A stretch of DNA of 64,000 bases, taken from assembly GCA_002633005.1 (NCBI GenBank), contig NMRA01000338.1, forward strand, positions 95,429 to 159,428, read 5' to 3'. The notes beneath the pieces are model-generated. The model did not search any database. It was not told the origin of the DNA and saw nothing but the letters and a program-made list of their open reading frames with translations. This document shows, piece after piece, positions 1-41,026 of the stretch; the stretch's first letter is position 1, and the number at the start of each line of letters is the position of its first letter. A program made the translations under genes and the position numbers. This DNA comes from Phoronis australis. Taxonomy: Eukaryota > Animalia > Phoronida.

Positions 1-1561
1 TATTTCAAATTAAGTCGACTTGCCGAAGCCGAGAAAAAGCCGATAATATGGCGAGACATGAAAATATCAAGGACTTCACTGAGTTAATTACTTGTTGAAA
101 AGTTGTTTTTGGTCAATATAACCTATACATCCTTTGGTCGTGTTCATTCTTTCAACATTCACGCGCAATGTCGACTTAATTTGCAGAGCGTAATTAACTT
201 AATTATCACAAAAACGTTTTGTCAGCCAAGTCGATTCTCGATGCATCGAATCCAACTAGCTCATGCGGGCGGAGTGGGTCAACAATGAGGTTCACTTTTA
301 AGTAGGCCAACAGTTCATTGTTATACACATCTGGCGCCGGGAGACTGGTAAGAAATTAGCTAGACAGTGACCACCGTCTTTAGCGGACTAGAGACGGTGT
401 AGCTCCTACAGAAGCTTCATACACCGTAAGCATTTCGGCAGATTATGCCTCACACTGTCTAAAACATCAAAGTCACGTTGTTAAAAATACCTTTTGCGCA
501 TAGAGGGACACCTTAGGACGCCGTCGATATATTCAATTCCTTAAAACTCAACAAATACTTCCGTTATCAAACTTTTTCTTCGAGCAGTCACTCGTTCAGT
601 TCCCAAAATCGGAAACTCGTCATTTTTAACACTGTGCGTGGCAGGTGGTATGACGTCATATGCCCTGGCGTGCGCAGTGTAAAAACGGCTAGTTACCGAT
701 CAGGGGAACTGAACGAGGGACTGTACTCGAAGAAAAAAATTGATAACGGGAGTATTCTTTCGAGTTGGAATAAATTAAATACATTGGCGGCCGCCTAATG
801 TGTCCCCCTATGCGCGCGCACTAAAAGAACATTTGTAGCATTTGAATATTTAGTCAGTGTGAAACATACCGTAATTCGAGGAAAAGCTTCCGGTATAAAG
901 TTCCCATTGGAGCTACAACGTCTCTAATAGGCTAGAGACGGTCGTCACTGTCTAGCATGAAACCAAAGGGATATCACAAATCGAGTCGGTGGTTAAAGCG
1001 CGTCGCGAGCATGAGATCGAAACGGCGAAATCAGTTCAAATTACTTCGATCAGTATCAAATTGAGAAATTTGGGTGAGGATTTATCGCATTTCACAACTG
1101 GCTGTGTTCGAGAACACAAAGTCACAGAGGCGTGAGGCGACTCGGAACATTCGTTCTCGACGATCGTATAGTACGCATGCAGACACACAACTCCCTCAGG
1201 ATCAAAACTACGTTTTGCATTCGTTTTCCCCGGCGTCTTTCTATCCTGTGTACACTTCACTGACACAATACTATGGTGACTCGGTGAATGAAAGAACTGC
1301 AGATACAGTACTTAGCTGCCCTGTGCCTGTGGCGGGAGATTCGATTTGCGTGACAGCCCAGTAGCCTTTGACTTCTGATAAATAGTAAACAAATTTCCAC
1401 GCGGTTGTGTGGTTTCCAAGCTGGTTCTTCTAAATGTTTTTTCTCTACACGGCATATATTTAGTATTTGAATTTCACCAAGAATGAAGAAAAGATATTCT
1501 GCTAGACATGCGTGAAATATTGTAAAAATGGCCAACTTATCTGAATAAGGTTTGACATATC
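1..1561 (+). repeat. dispersed repeat copy A (interrupted by the foldback at 359-956)
   Basis: 1-345 and 957-1561 match the reverse complement of 6810-7680. Confidence 0.8.
359..956. mobile_element. ~600 bp foldback (full-length imperfect palindrome) MITE
   Basis: Arms pair along their whole length from GCTAGACAGTGAC/GTCACTGTCTAGC to the centre TATGACGTCATA (649-660); interrupts a host repeat. Confidence 0.85.
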
Positions 1562-2825
1562 AGTTTGACTTATGGCATATATATAACTAACAACAAATAG
1601 CCTATAAAATATACCACAGCCTCAGCTTGGAAAAGTCTCAGTTTAGAACCGTACCATTGCAAAATGCCATAAATCTGAGGACAGACTGGCCACACCCTAC
1701 GTCCCACATCTAGAAAGCAAATTAACGAGTTATTCAATTCATAGTATAGGCATAAGCGCTGAGTAAAATCCGCCGTGTTACCGACAGGATTGGAATGCCA
1801 TAATTGTATTAGATGTCTGTAAATTGCCTCTGGTCTGCCTTATCGAGTTTAGCAGCTTGTAAACCTCAAATTCTAACCCTTTGGCTTGATCAGACTGAAA
1901 TCCTAATGTCCTACATGATGGTATTCGTGATTCTAGACCCAAATCCAGTTGCGTAGCACTATAGCATGTGTTACGGGCCCGCGCTCTCGGCATTTTAAAC
2001 GCACAAATGCCATAAACGTATACATATCTCTACGACTATGGAAGCACTGACCTCGAGTGATGCAAACTTGGAAAGTTTGTATTGGGATCTTGCTATTTTC
2101 AATATGTGCAGTGTCAAGGAGCCGGACGACCGTAAGCGATGTTCAAAGAACTGTACTGTTGCAATCTGATGCTACCGAAAGCTTAAGCGCGGCCGCACAA
2201 AAACAGCGGACTGCTTAAAGTGCAGGAACTCTTACTCAAATGTAGAGTTCCAAAGTTTGTGCTGGGTGCCTCAGGTGCGAGAAAGGACCTAATCACGCGC
2301 TTGTTTCAAGTCACGAGGTCAACTGTCACTCCGAAGCCTGAAATCGCACCAAATTTAACCGATAAATAGATAGAGACCAATTTCGTGACGCCAAGCAGTC
2401 TAAATCAAAAATTGGTTTTCGTGGTGAAAGGTGAGTTTACAGTGGCTTTTAATTTTCTATTTTACATGGTGTTTCGCGTGTAGGCACATGCCTAATGTCA
2501 CATATAGGTGCAGCTTTGCCTGCGTTTAATCATAGACATTTTCCTTAAGCCTACTATCTGGACAACAGTTTCTCTACTAAGAATGACACTGAAAGATGGT
2601 CTAGGACAGAAGCAGTCAAATTTTTTTAAGAGCATGATAAGCTAAGCAAAATACGAATTTACCAAAAACACTTGAAACAGTCTCAAATGATAGCTGCAGA
2701 GTTCAGACATGCCATTTATATAATCTTTTTAAAAAGTTTTCGAATTTTTTATGCCCTGGACTATTCTCAAATTAAGCCTCAGGAAAAGGTTCTTTTCAGC
2801 ACGTCCTCAACAGGAAATGACAAGG

Positions 2826-4931
2826 TTAAACAGTTGTACTTGGGAAATCATAATTCACCATTCAACAGGAAGAGGACAAGCTGAAGATCTCTCAGACATA
2901 AATTTCATTTTTAATCATTCTCTGTGTTAATAGATGAATACCACACATACTGACTTTCAGTCACATTGTTTAGCTCGCTCTAGACCTATAATTAATCTTC
3001 CAAAATATTGTGAATCTTCATCACTTGCTGTTCACCATAGTACAGACATATTTTTTGAGAATGCTTACCCAAGGACAATCCAGGTAGCCTTATGAAAATT
3101 TTTTGGCACAACTAAATAGACGGTAGTTTATTAACGTTTGGGTAATTGTTGAATTATAAACACACGTCAAAGTTTTGATATGTTTTATTTAATACTAACA
3201 ACTTACCTTAGTGGGCCCACTTGAAAATGCAGTCTCCAGCAACATTCACAAAATAACTAAAATCGCAAGCAGCTTCAGCTGCCCTAATACACTGGGGATA
3301 ACAGGCAGGAGAGCAGTGAGACTGCCTAACCTGGCCGAGTATACAGGGTGTCCCAAAATGGCTGGACATGGAGCGCGAAAAACACCATTAGTTCTCAGGA
3401 AAACAAATCCTTGGTACTCAGACTCCATGAACACTTTTGTGACACCCTGTACAGCAACCTATTGAAAAAGGGCCAGGTGCAACTTAGAGCCAGTGCAGAT
3501 ATAGAGCTACAACCATAACTGGCTGCTTCAAGCTGAGCTGACAACAAACGGCAAGACATAGAATGCTGCAAGTGAACGAACTAGCCCCAAGTTCACACAG
3601 TTCTCAAAGTGTTGACGTGAGCTGCCAGCTCAGCTGTCACTCGGGTCAGATGAGCTCGCATCTCTGTCCAGCCCTTACAGGAACAATAGAATGACAATTG
3701 GATAGTTGACTGGTGAACCCACAAAACATAAACCATCTTAACTAATTTAACCCAGAGTGGTTGAAAAAGGTATCCATGTTACAGACATTATAAACTCCTA
3801 ATAACCTTACTGGTGAAATACAAAATGAGAGAATCTGAAACATATGCGAGTGANTAACCAACCAACCTTATTTTAGCTCAAAATGACATGGAAAAAGGTT
3901 GTCTTCGCCTTTAAACAGTTGTACTTGGGAAATCATAACTCACCATTCAACAGGAAGACAAGCTGAAGATCTCTCAGACATAAATTTCATTTTTAATCAT
4001 TCTCTGTGTTAATAGATGAATACCACATACTGACTTTCAGTCACATTGTTTAGCTCGCTCTAGACCTATAATTAATCTTCCAAAATATTATGAATCTTCA
4101 TCACTTGCTGTTCACCATAGTACAGACATTTTTTGAGAATGCTTACCCAAGGACAAGCCAGGTAGCCCTATGGAAATTTTTTGGCACAACTAAATAGACG
4201 GTAGTTTATTAACGTTTGGGTAATTGTTGAATTATAAACACACGTCAAAGTTTTGATATGTTTTATTCAATACTAACAACTTACCTTAGTGGGTCCACTT
4301 GAAAATGCAGTCTCCAGCAACATTCACAAAATAACTAAAATCGCAAGCAGCTTCAGCTGCCCAAATACACTGGGGATAACAGGCAGGAGAGCAGTGAGGC
4401 TGCCTAACCTGGCCGAGTATACAGGGTGTCCCAAAATGGCAGGACATGGAGCGCGAAAAACACCATTAGTTCTCAGGAAAACAAATCCTTGGTACTCAGA
4501 CTCCATGAACACTTTTGTGACACCCTGTACAGCAACCTATTGAAAAAGGGCCAGGTGCAACTTAGAGCCAGTGCTGATATAGAGCTACAACCATAACTGG
4601 CTGCTTCAAGCTGAGCTGACAACAAACGGCAAGACATAGAATGCTGCAAGTGAACGAACTAGCCCCAAGTTCACACAGTTCTCAAAGTGTTGACGTGAGC
4701 TGCCAGCTCAGCTGTCACTCGGGTCAGATGAGCTCGCATCTCTGTCCAGCCCTTACAGGAACAATAGAATGACAATTGGATAGTTGACTGGTGAACCCAC
4801 AAAACATAAACCATCTTAACTAATTTAACCCAGAGTGGTTGAAAAAGGTATCCATGTTACAGACATTATAAACTCCTAATAACCTTACTGGTGAAATACA
4901 AAATGAGAGAATCTGAAACATATGCGAGTGA
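2826..4931. repeat. tandem near-identical duplication (2826-3853 / 3911-4931), likely uncollapsed haplotypes
   Basis: Scattered SNPs and small indels; first copy ends at the N at 3854. Confidence 0.9.
4262..4267 (-). promoter_or_regulatory. candidate vasa poly(A) signal AATAAA (implies ~2.3 kb 3' UTR; duplicate at 3184-3189)
   Basis: Minus-strand AATAAA, with a second at 4205-4210; motif only, no transcript evidence. Confidence 0.35.
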
Positions 4932-6590
4932 GTGAAAACTGGTGAAGAGCCCATCTGACTGTGTTCCATGGTGCTGACAGAAAATCCAAATAATCAAAAT
5001 GCTCACACAAGAAGCTTGTAAAGCAATCTTTGTGACAAACAACACAAACTTCAAGTCACAAAGATTGCATCGCCAAGAGACTGTATACCAAGACAGTTTA
5101 GGACACAACTAAGAAATTTTGAGACCACTTGTCATTTAAGACTAAAAACTCAAATGCAGTTTCATTTGGATGGAGGGGGTCAGCGGAGAAAAAACGGAGC
5201 TCGGGTTCTTTGGCCACAGACAAGAGCTGGTACTAGCCAGAGTTACTAATTAAACAACACACTACCCAACGACCACATGACTTTGACATCCATTTTCAAA
5301 AGAACCAGTGGAGCTGGAAATAAAGCCCAACTCCGTCACCAAGCACATGATACAAGGAGACAGTTTTTCAATGCCTTTGAACACGAAACAATGTCTGGGA
5401 ACATGAGATATGTCAAAGTTCACAGACTATAAAGGACATCCCAAACGTGCACGTCAGACAAGACGATGGAACTACTGCTCCAATCAATGGTTGCATGACA
5501 AGAAATGCGACCAATGACAATCCATTTGAGATTTGTTCACAGTCGCTTCATAGCACCATTCTACCGTTGTGGCATTCAGAAAAAGACTGTACAAGGACTA
5601 AGCTAAACTAAACTGAATATAAAAATAACATTTTGATCTAATACAAAAATAGAATAAAAATCAACAACATAATCCTGAGAACATAACAGTTACAGGCTTT
5701 TGCAGTTTCAAATAAGACTAGATAGATAGACCTATGCACCACCATTACTGCACACCAGTCGCAGATTTCCAAGGACCAAATGACTCCAGCAAAGAGACAA
5801 AAGTAGGCATTTGAATGAACGCCAATTGCAACTTTCGATGGACATAGCGAGCAAACAACAAAACTGAAGTCTACTTGAAATTCCTTCTGGTTTTGCATTT
5901 GTGTATGGCAAATTTCAACACAAACAAGCACAATCTCTATGTTTTACACAGGGTCTGAGAGATACATGATATGGCACCTGCTTGCACTCGAGGCAAAAGT
6001 CACACCAGCAAATTGAGAACATCACATGAAATACCGCAAAATCCTTTCAGAGATTTCACCTACCCCTTTTCCCAACAAAAACAGTCAATAATGACTGATG
6101 AAGTCAAGGGACCAAAAATACATCTTGGACTCCAGAGACAGGTCCCTCTTAAGTGACATTTTGTTTTGGCACTAAAACATGGTTACAATCCGCAAGATGA
6201 AGTCACACTTCGTCCAAAATGCCTGGTAATACACTGACTGGCAAGATAAGCTTTTGAGCAATGGAAATCCTGAATGTTTTTGAGATTCTCAGCAGAGAAT
6301 TTGTGCAACACAGAGCTAGTATATGTAGTATGCACTGAGCCCACAGCCGCTACCTGAGTGTATCCAGTACTCAGGTGCGGTGAGAGTCAATCAAACTACA
6401 TTAGGTGGGAAGTCATCCTTTCTGGCACTCGCCTTTGCTGTCTTTCACACAGAAACGATCACTCCGCATCACCTCCTATCCTTTCTTCACCTGTCTTCAA
6501 GGTCTACTCATATACACAGTACATACTAGCCACTGTCACATAAGAACTTCATTTGTACACTCTTGCGATTTTTTGTGTAAACTTTTGAGT

Positions 6591-33693
<27,103 letters not shown>

Positions 33694-34421
33694 TTTCTGA
33701 AATAAAGGAATTTTAATAGGTCAACAATCAAACTTGAGAAGCGTCGACTCACGATGCTCCGTAATGTCATGTCATCACCACGCTAGAATGTCAAGCATAC
33801 CAAACACAGGAAAACAGTTCCGTAACACTTAACGAGTGCAAACAAGTTAGTTATAAGCAACAGTCTTGATAACAACAATATTTGCAAAACAATGTTGTTT
33901 CAACTTATAAAGAAACCTTCAGACTTCACCAACACTCCCCAGTCAAATGGCGGTAACCACGTGAAGGAGCTAAGATTTCAGTCATGCGCACTAAGGCTGC
34001 ATGGTTTGTTCAGTGTGCGGACACCCAACGGCGCATTGAATCACAAAATCACTCCACTAGATGACGTGCAGGGAGGTGTGCAACTATATTTTGGGTTTGA
34101 CATTATCACTGAGCAAAGTTAAACGAAATTGGCATCACGTGAACTCAAAGACCTAACCCTAACCCAACTGACTGACCACTAAAGTGGTTTGAGCTCAAGC
34201 TTACGCCGTCTGACTGTGAGTGGTTTTGTCGCTCGAACCCCTACTATTCTTGACGGGAGCTACCACCATAGACTTTAGATAGCGAGTATCTATACTGACA
34301 TGAACAAGCGTACGCTTTCGTACTATTATGTTCTGGAAATACCACCGTTTTAGCGAGCCTTTGAGTGTTCCACAAAATTACGTGAATCTTATCCTACCGT
34401 AGTTCCGATACCTTGCCATAC

Positions 34422-34475
34422 CTTGTCGTATGTCTAATTCTTAGAAATTGTTGTTTTGTAGTATGAAAGGCGGGC
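34422..34475 (-). other. putative non-coding first exon (5' UTR) of vasa
   Basis: The ATG exon has an acceptor, so an upstream exon is required; AAG|gtatgg donor at 34421 and a second AAG|gtatcg donor 10 nt downstream; 5' boundary is a guess. Confidence 0.3.
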
Positions 34476-34981
34476 CTACTCTATTGTCATACACTGAGAG
34501 TTTCCAACTCGCACAACAGCTGCATTCCCATTTCGCTCAGGCGCTGGGCCTCACGTCAACTACTGACAACCGGGCAATACAAGGCCGGGTAGTTCAAATA
34601 AACTATCAATGCTTGTGAATTTGCATGGTTATTCAAGTTCTTTCTTCATACGTTATTCTATATCTGTAAATAATTGTCTATACATGTATTTTTATCGGTA
34701 ACTAGCACTTGTGCCAATGTTTCTTTTGTTTTATCTATCCACTCCAAATGGTGACAAATTCCTCTCAGTGGTTATCACTGCTCGAAATCTGAAACAGGAA
34801 ACTGAAATGTAAACACATTTATCTGAGAAACTGCGTTCTCGCAGAGGCCGTCCGTAGTTAACTAGGTACACTGGGTAAACTTGAGTGTGGACGAGCTCCG
34901 TCGCAACCGCCGCTCAAAGTTGGCGAGGCACTGATGAAGGCTGGCTAATAACGAAAATCGCGGTGAATTACGGTTCCCGCA

Positions 34982-35599
34982 GTCACTAAAATCGATCATC
35001 AGAATGAATTTTCTGTTTCCGTAACCAACTCCTGAACTAGAACCCAAGAAAAGTCGCTTCAGAGCTTATTGGAGTTGGCCAACTGAACCCTAAAATTGCC
35101 GGACGCACGTACACCATGTGCTTGACTTGCTTGGTTGCTGGCCGGCCGCCAGTGGCGGTCAGGGAATTCGATTAGTTGTTCAACTCACAACTAAACAGCG
35201 ACAGAATGCGCATTTTTAAACGCTATTTTAGTGTATTTTTAAGGTAAAACTATTCTAGTAATTTCACCTTTATAGGGGCCTAACGCCAAANGTCACTAAA
35301 ATCGATCATCAGAATGAATTTTCTGTTTCCGTTACCAACTCCTGAACTAGAACCCAAGAAAAGTCGCTTCAGAGCTTATTGGAGTTGGCCAACTGAACCC
35401 TAAAATTGCCGGACGCATGTACACCATGTGCTTGACTTGCTTGGTTGCTGGCCGGCCGCCAGTGGCGGTCAGGGAATTCGATTAGTTGTTCAACTCACAA
35501 CTAAACAGCGACAGAATGCGCTTTTTAAACGCTATTTTAGTGTATTTTTAAGGTAAAACTATTCTAGTAATTTCACCTTTATAGGAGCCTAACGCCAAA
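34982..35599. repeat. tandem near-identical duplication (34982-35290 / 35292-35599), likely uncollapsed haplotypes
   Basis: Copies abut at the N at 35291. Confidence 0.9.
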
Positions 35600-38500
35600 G
35601 ACTAGCGAACATTTGGTTTAGAGCAATTTGCTGCTGGTTTGGTTTAGCACTCACTACAGACGAGAAATGCATGGCTGGGTTTGCAAAGTAGTGGCAGCTG
35701 GTTATGATCAAGTTGTGGCGATGTAAAAAATGACACGATATTTGTAACAAGTCAGTTTTTAGAGTCTGGTCAATGAAAAGAATCCTACGCTGACCCTCAC
35801 TGATCAAGTTTGGACAGTGTTATGGGCAGCGAAAATGTTCAAAATAGGCAACACTGCCAAATAAACAAGTTTGGTTTTCAAACAGACAGATTATTTGGTT
35901 CAGTTTTCGCAAACTGACAACTAAGTTATTTGCCGGTTAAATTTTGACAAACAGACAGGTTATTTGCGGGGCGCTGTCGCAACTCAAGGAGTAGTTGATG
36001 TCACGAAGTCATCGAATATCATATGAGCCCCGGAATAAACACAAAAATTCCACAAACTTCTTTTTGATGGTCTGTAGTGAAGAGTTTCCTTCACAGGACC
36101 GTTCTCAATTTGTCATCGACAATTCTTAAATTAAATCTCATCGTGATGCATTTGCGTCTTAAAATTAAGCTGCCTGATTAAAAGCAAATTGTAGAACTGT
36201 TTACACGTACGTTAACACATCTTCAAAGCTTGGTTCGGCCACCCCGCCAATTAATTGTCATTCCATAATTTGAAGTCAAATTGTTAACATGCAATCATGT
36301 GTGATCGGGTTTGTTACTTAGCGATTACATATTTTACTGGGTTATCCCCTTTTTGACGAAATTTGAAATTTATGTGATCCTGTATTCGGTATCGTGACTA
36401 TTGCTAAGTTAATTTTTCACTTCGCGTTAATTAATGATCTTCATTACATACATGTACTGAGGGTCAATGTTGTCAAAAATGTAACAAACAGATTTGTTAC
36501 TTTGGCATCATAGCCGCAGATCGAGCCCTTACATGATGATTTTGTTTCCTATATGAAATTATCCATAATTTAACGATCCAGTTTGTTGTTGATGCTTTGG
36601 GACTGAAATACCCGTCACATTGTTTTCAGCCCCTGCATGATTAATTGCCAACACTTGACAGGGTTTCTCGGAATGCATCTTATCTTTCAATTTTGATTTA
36701 CTGACTCAGTAAATCACCATCCACAGTTAAAACTAGGACGTTAGGAAGGGGCGCTGAAATTTTCTGTTAATTTGCCACCTATTATAAAAGCCTCCATCAC
36801 TTTGCCTCGCGACACTTGTGTAATTTTTATGAGGAAAGGTCGCACTCTCTTGCATTTCAATTTCACGTGCGTCAAGCAGAAGCTTCAAACCGTCCAGTGC
36901 CGCATCAGTTCTTGTCCCATCCCAAAATATCACAAAGTTAGCATCGCCCTGGATGTCGCCGGCGGACTGCTGCGCATACAATGTCGGTACCTGTATTGGG
37001 CCAGGGCCGGCAGGGGCTCAGTTCGCTCGGTACGTGGGGTATCATTCAGTGTTCGGAATCTGCATGAGCTTATCTCACACAAAAAGCAAACTATTGACGC
37101 GAGTTGTCACGTTATGGTCACCTGAGTTCATATAGTGAACTTCTGAAAAATCACATCCGATCATTGAGCAAAAGTTCAATTTTTCACTTGGTACCAAACT
37201 CAAATGCTTCTACTATACAAGTTTTTTAATTGTAAAATGTGCACAGTTTAGCCTCCTTTGAATTTGTTATATTTTATATGTGAATTTTGGGTGAGCGTCT
37301 CACGTATAATACATAAAATTTTGACCACATCCTTCACTGAATTGGCATACTAGACCCTGTCACACGACATTTCTTGCAAACTCCGACTATATTTCGGCAT
37401 AGCACTGAGGCGCACGTTCGGCTCAAAGTTGAACGCACATTTTCCATAAGAAAACAATAGTCATTAAGTTTGTGGTGTCTCAAAGACTGCTGTGATACTG
37501 TTATGTCCAGTTGCTCATGGTAAAAGTGAAGTTCTTCGAATTTTATTTCAAAATGTTGTACAAAGTTCACGACCGGGGACGAGCACACGCACGTACACCG
37601 ACATACAAGCAAGCACCATGCTTACACAAAAACACACCAGCCACTTGTCTTTTTTTCAATGTGTTGGAAATACCTGTCATTGCAAGTTACTGAAACAACA
37701 GATCGTGAAAAAGTAAGGGTATTGGCGAGTCGAAGTTACGGCCAGGGTTGGCGTGCACTTGTTCTCCGCCATGGGGCGGTTCTGGGGGAGCGCGGCCCGG
37801 TCAAATTTCTTGGTAGGCCTGTCGCTGGCTTTATCTTCCCAGCTCTAGACGTAAAAGCCTTCATAACAAGTAGGCTTAGGGTCTCATCAAAAGTAAATCC
37901 CCGATGCAGAGTGGAGGAGGTGCGCCAGACCCAGCATCAGATACTCAGTACAATGGGATACAAAACGTTTTGGCGGGCGGAGGGGAGGAAACAATGCAGC
38001 TGGTAATCCTAGACTGAATGAGTCACAAGGTGAGAGACCACCTATGATACAATCCGTCAACAAATGCAGTCTCTAGTCTGAAGTTTGTATGCATTCCTAT
38101 GGCAATGTGCCTTTTCTGATTTAATCTTCCTTCTTATCAGTGCAAACCACAAGAAGTAATCACCCTTACCTGTAGTTTATTGCTGCACCTGGTCTGCAGT
38201 GAGGAATACCTCTATTGTGTCCTTTGATTACAAAATTTAATTTGTTTTGATAATTCTATGGGTTTAAATGTAGTCACTAATGGCACTGTGGCGCGGCTCG
38301 GCGCGGCGAGACTGTATACACGCATACAGACCTGCCGATTTATTTCAGCCAGCACCAATAACACACAAGTTATAAACTTGTCGCCTTGCGCTACACAAAG
38401 AATGTTTCATACCACGGAGGAAATCGAGCTGAAGATCCCTATACTTACAGCAGGGGCACTGACAAGAAAAAGTTTGAAAAAAGTCATCAGCTTTGACAGG

Positions 38501-39679
38501 ATGGCCAACTGCACATATAGGTGCAGAGTGGTCGCTCAGTTGTTTTGATGGCAATAAGAATTGGAGAATAGTAACCGGTTGCTACAATGACAAGGAAATT
38601 TTTGAAACTAGTTATAGTGCTAAACACGCGGATAACCACCCATTTAGAAAACGTGCTCGAGAAAATGGGACCCGTCTGTAGAGAGGTTCCACGAAACGTC
38701 GCACTTTCACAGTCTCGTTTTATTAGCTTTAATTTCATAAAACACAACCCCTTCCTTTAGATTGCGGAATCGGACATCTTGCCTGTTATTCAGTCTTGAC
38801 TGGCTGTAGCTAAACTGTTGGCTCGGTGATCATTGCTTCTTACCCGGGATTTCGTCAAATAGTGAATTTTTTACCAACTAAGCCACAAGCAGCCCAAAAA
38901 GAGACGCCATCTTGTCAATGAGTACATATTTTCCCAAAAAAGCTTTAATAAAGTATAGCTAATATTAAAAAACATTATGTACATTCCGGTGGTAGAGTTT
39001 CAAATTCCCAACCTGAAGCTTTTGTAGGGATTGAAATCGGAAAAGGGACCCTTCCGAAAATTTTTCTCAAAAAGGCACTCTTTCGTAAGGAAATTAAACT
39101 GCATGGTCGTGAAAAGATAACCTTTGTGAGCACGGCACGTGGCCAGGGAAGCATCTGCAGGGCAACCGCTCATTCGCCATGACAACCAAATTCATGGAAG
39201 TGGAAGAAGCTGTTATAGAGTCAGGTGCCGTCTTGTTATGACTTGTGTCACAAACAGGAACTACTTTCAGAGTCAATTATGCGTTTACAATAGATCAAAG
39301 GGTAAGTGGTATTCAAGTGTGGTTGGCCACATGGTGTCGGGGACAGTAAACAAAGGAATCAGAACTCATAATCTAATTACTTTTTGAATTTGACGTGATG
39401 AGATGGTCATTCTTAAACAGTACTGTATTTGTGCAGAGGTAAGTATAACCGAGAAGTAGATCGTAAAAAGTATGCAAGTGAAAGTATGACTAACCCCTCA
39501 CATGAAAACGTAGACGTTAATAAATTTCTATAATTCAATAACATAAACTATACTTTAACAATTTAAAACAGGATAACATTAGTTGCAAAAGCAAACAAAC
39601 ATAGAACTACAAAAGTAAACCCAGAAACCATAGGGCATTATGTCGGAATTATTTTAAAGTAAAGCGGATGGCGTCCAGT

Positions 39680-39893
39680 TTTGGCCAATTAAGAACGATT
39701 TCTCCAAATTTTAACGGCACAAACTAATTACTTACCGCGTAAATTAATTATTTGCGCCGCAAATTAACTTATCGTGGCATAAATTTATTAAAGTATCAAC
39801 ACAATTTAAGCGCACAAATAATTAATTTATGACGGAATTGATAATTAATTTACGCACGTTATTTCCGTGCGTATAATTCCTCCATTTGGCCAA
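39680..39893. repeat. small AT-rich inverted-repeat element with ~20 bp internal repeats
   Basis: TTGGCCAA at both ends; AAATTAATTATTTG / CAAATAATTAATTT inverted inside. Confidence 0.5.
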
Positions 39894-40003
39894 CAATGCA
39901 CAACTGCAGGTCACTGAGCACTTCTGTAGCTGTGTGCGTGGGTAACCCGCATTAAAATTGTCAGGAAATCCGTATGTTTTTACTAAGTATGTTGATTTTG
40001 ACA

Positions 40004-40005
<2 letters not shown>

Positions 40006-40035
<30 letters not shown>
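40006..40035. repeat. (ATT)10 microsatellite
   Basis: Read directly from the sequence. Confidence 0.95.
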
Positions 40036-40037
<2 letters not shown>

Positions 40038-40771
40038 ACGATACTATTACTTTGCTAGTAGATTCTTGATGTTAATGTTAACTTGTTTATAATTTCAGTA
40101 GCCTGAGTGAGTCAGTGGTTCATCCCGTGCATCCACACATGTTTTGACTAAACTACAAAGTTAACTAGATATGTAATGATCTTTCACAGAGTAGTAAACT
40201 GAGACAGCTGACCATTACCGTATATGGCAAACACAGTTGTGAAATTCTTACGATTCAGTGTTCTAAAGATTCTTAGAGTTGTTTATTGTTATTTCCTGAA
40301 GAACTTTTAATCTCGGTCCACTAAACAACGTAAGCCTAGTTTGTCAGTTCGAGTTTGAATCATGAAGTTAACCCACTAGTTTGAAACTTGAACATAAACC
40401 CTACATTTTGTCCTAGAAACCTAGATTTGTAATTAAGGTCTAATTAGAGACTGTCCTCATTTGCTACTACCAGTTGTTGTTACTCAGTGGTATAACTGGG
40501 TGTTCTGTTCTTAGTTATTGAATACAACCAGGAAGAGATAACCAGAAGGTTATATCTTCCTGAACGGATTAGAAACACAGCTACACACAACGCTGCTACC
40601 GGCTCCTACGTTTGATTCTTCAAGAAAGTGGGAGTCCTACATTGTACAACAGAGCTATGAACCGAGCCAATTCAAAGTGAGCACGACAGCTCAGCTGACA
40701 GTAGTCGCCTGTACTTTGTGAGCAAAAATCGTTAAAAATACGTATACATAGTTTTGTGCATAGGACCGATA

Positions 40772-41026
40772 CATGCGCGCACCCGAAGGGTGGGTCTCGA
40801 ACGAGCCTCCTTATTTGGCAGAGTGGGCAAAAAGGTCCGCCTCAGAGAAACAAAAACTCAAAATAAAGTAGAAATCGAGACAAAAGTCCACTATACAAAT
40901 AAGCAGGAACTACCCAAACTCGGCCAATACACAATTAATGGCTCTGAACATACCCGTGAGTCTTAGTAAAAGTTCCACACTCTTAAAAAATCAAGCCCTC
41001 TCTTTTTTAGGCTGGGTGCGCGCATG
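40772..41026. mobile_element. short TIR element (hAT-like MITE)
   Basis: TIR CATGCGCGCACCC / GGGTGCGCGCATG; related sequence at ~29015-29190. Confidence 0.75.

Noticed and set aside
3531-3635. 13-bp inverted repeat (AGCTGAGCTGACA / TGCCAGCTCAGCT) in the putative vasa 3' UTR
   Set aside because: Short stem with an ~80 nt loop; similar words occur elsewhere (~40685); insufficient for a regulatory structure call
3211-4543. Identical 84-aa ORFs at 3211 and 4289
   Set aside because: They are identical only because of the haplotype duplication; no recognisable domain; they lie antisense in the probable vasa 3' UTR
34152-34164. CCTAACCCTAACCC telomere-like motif
   Set aside because: Only two units; expected by chance or from a repeat fragment
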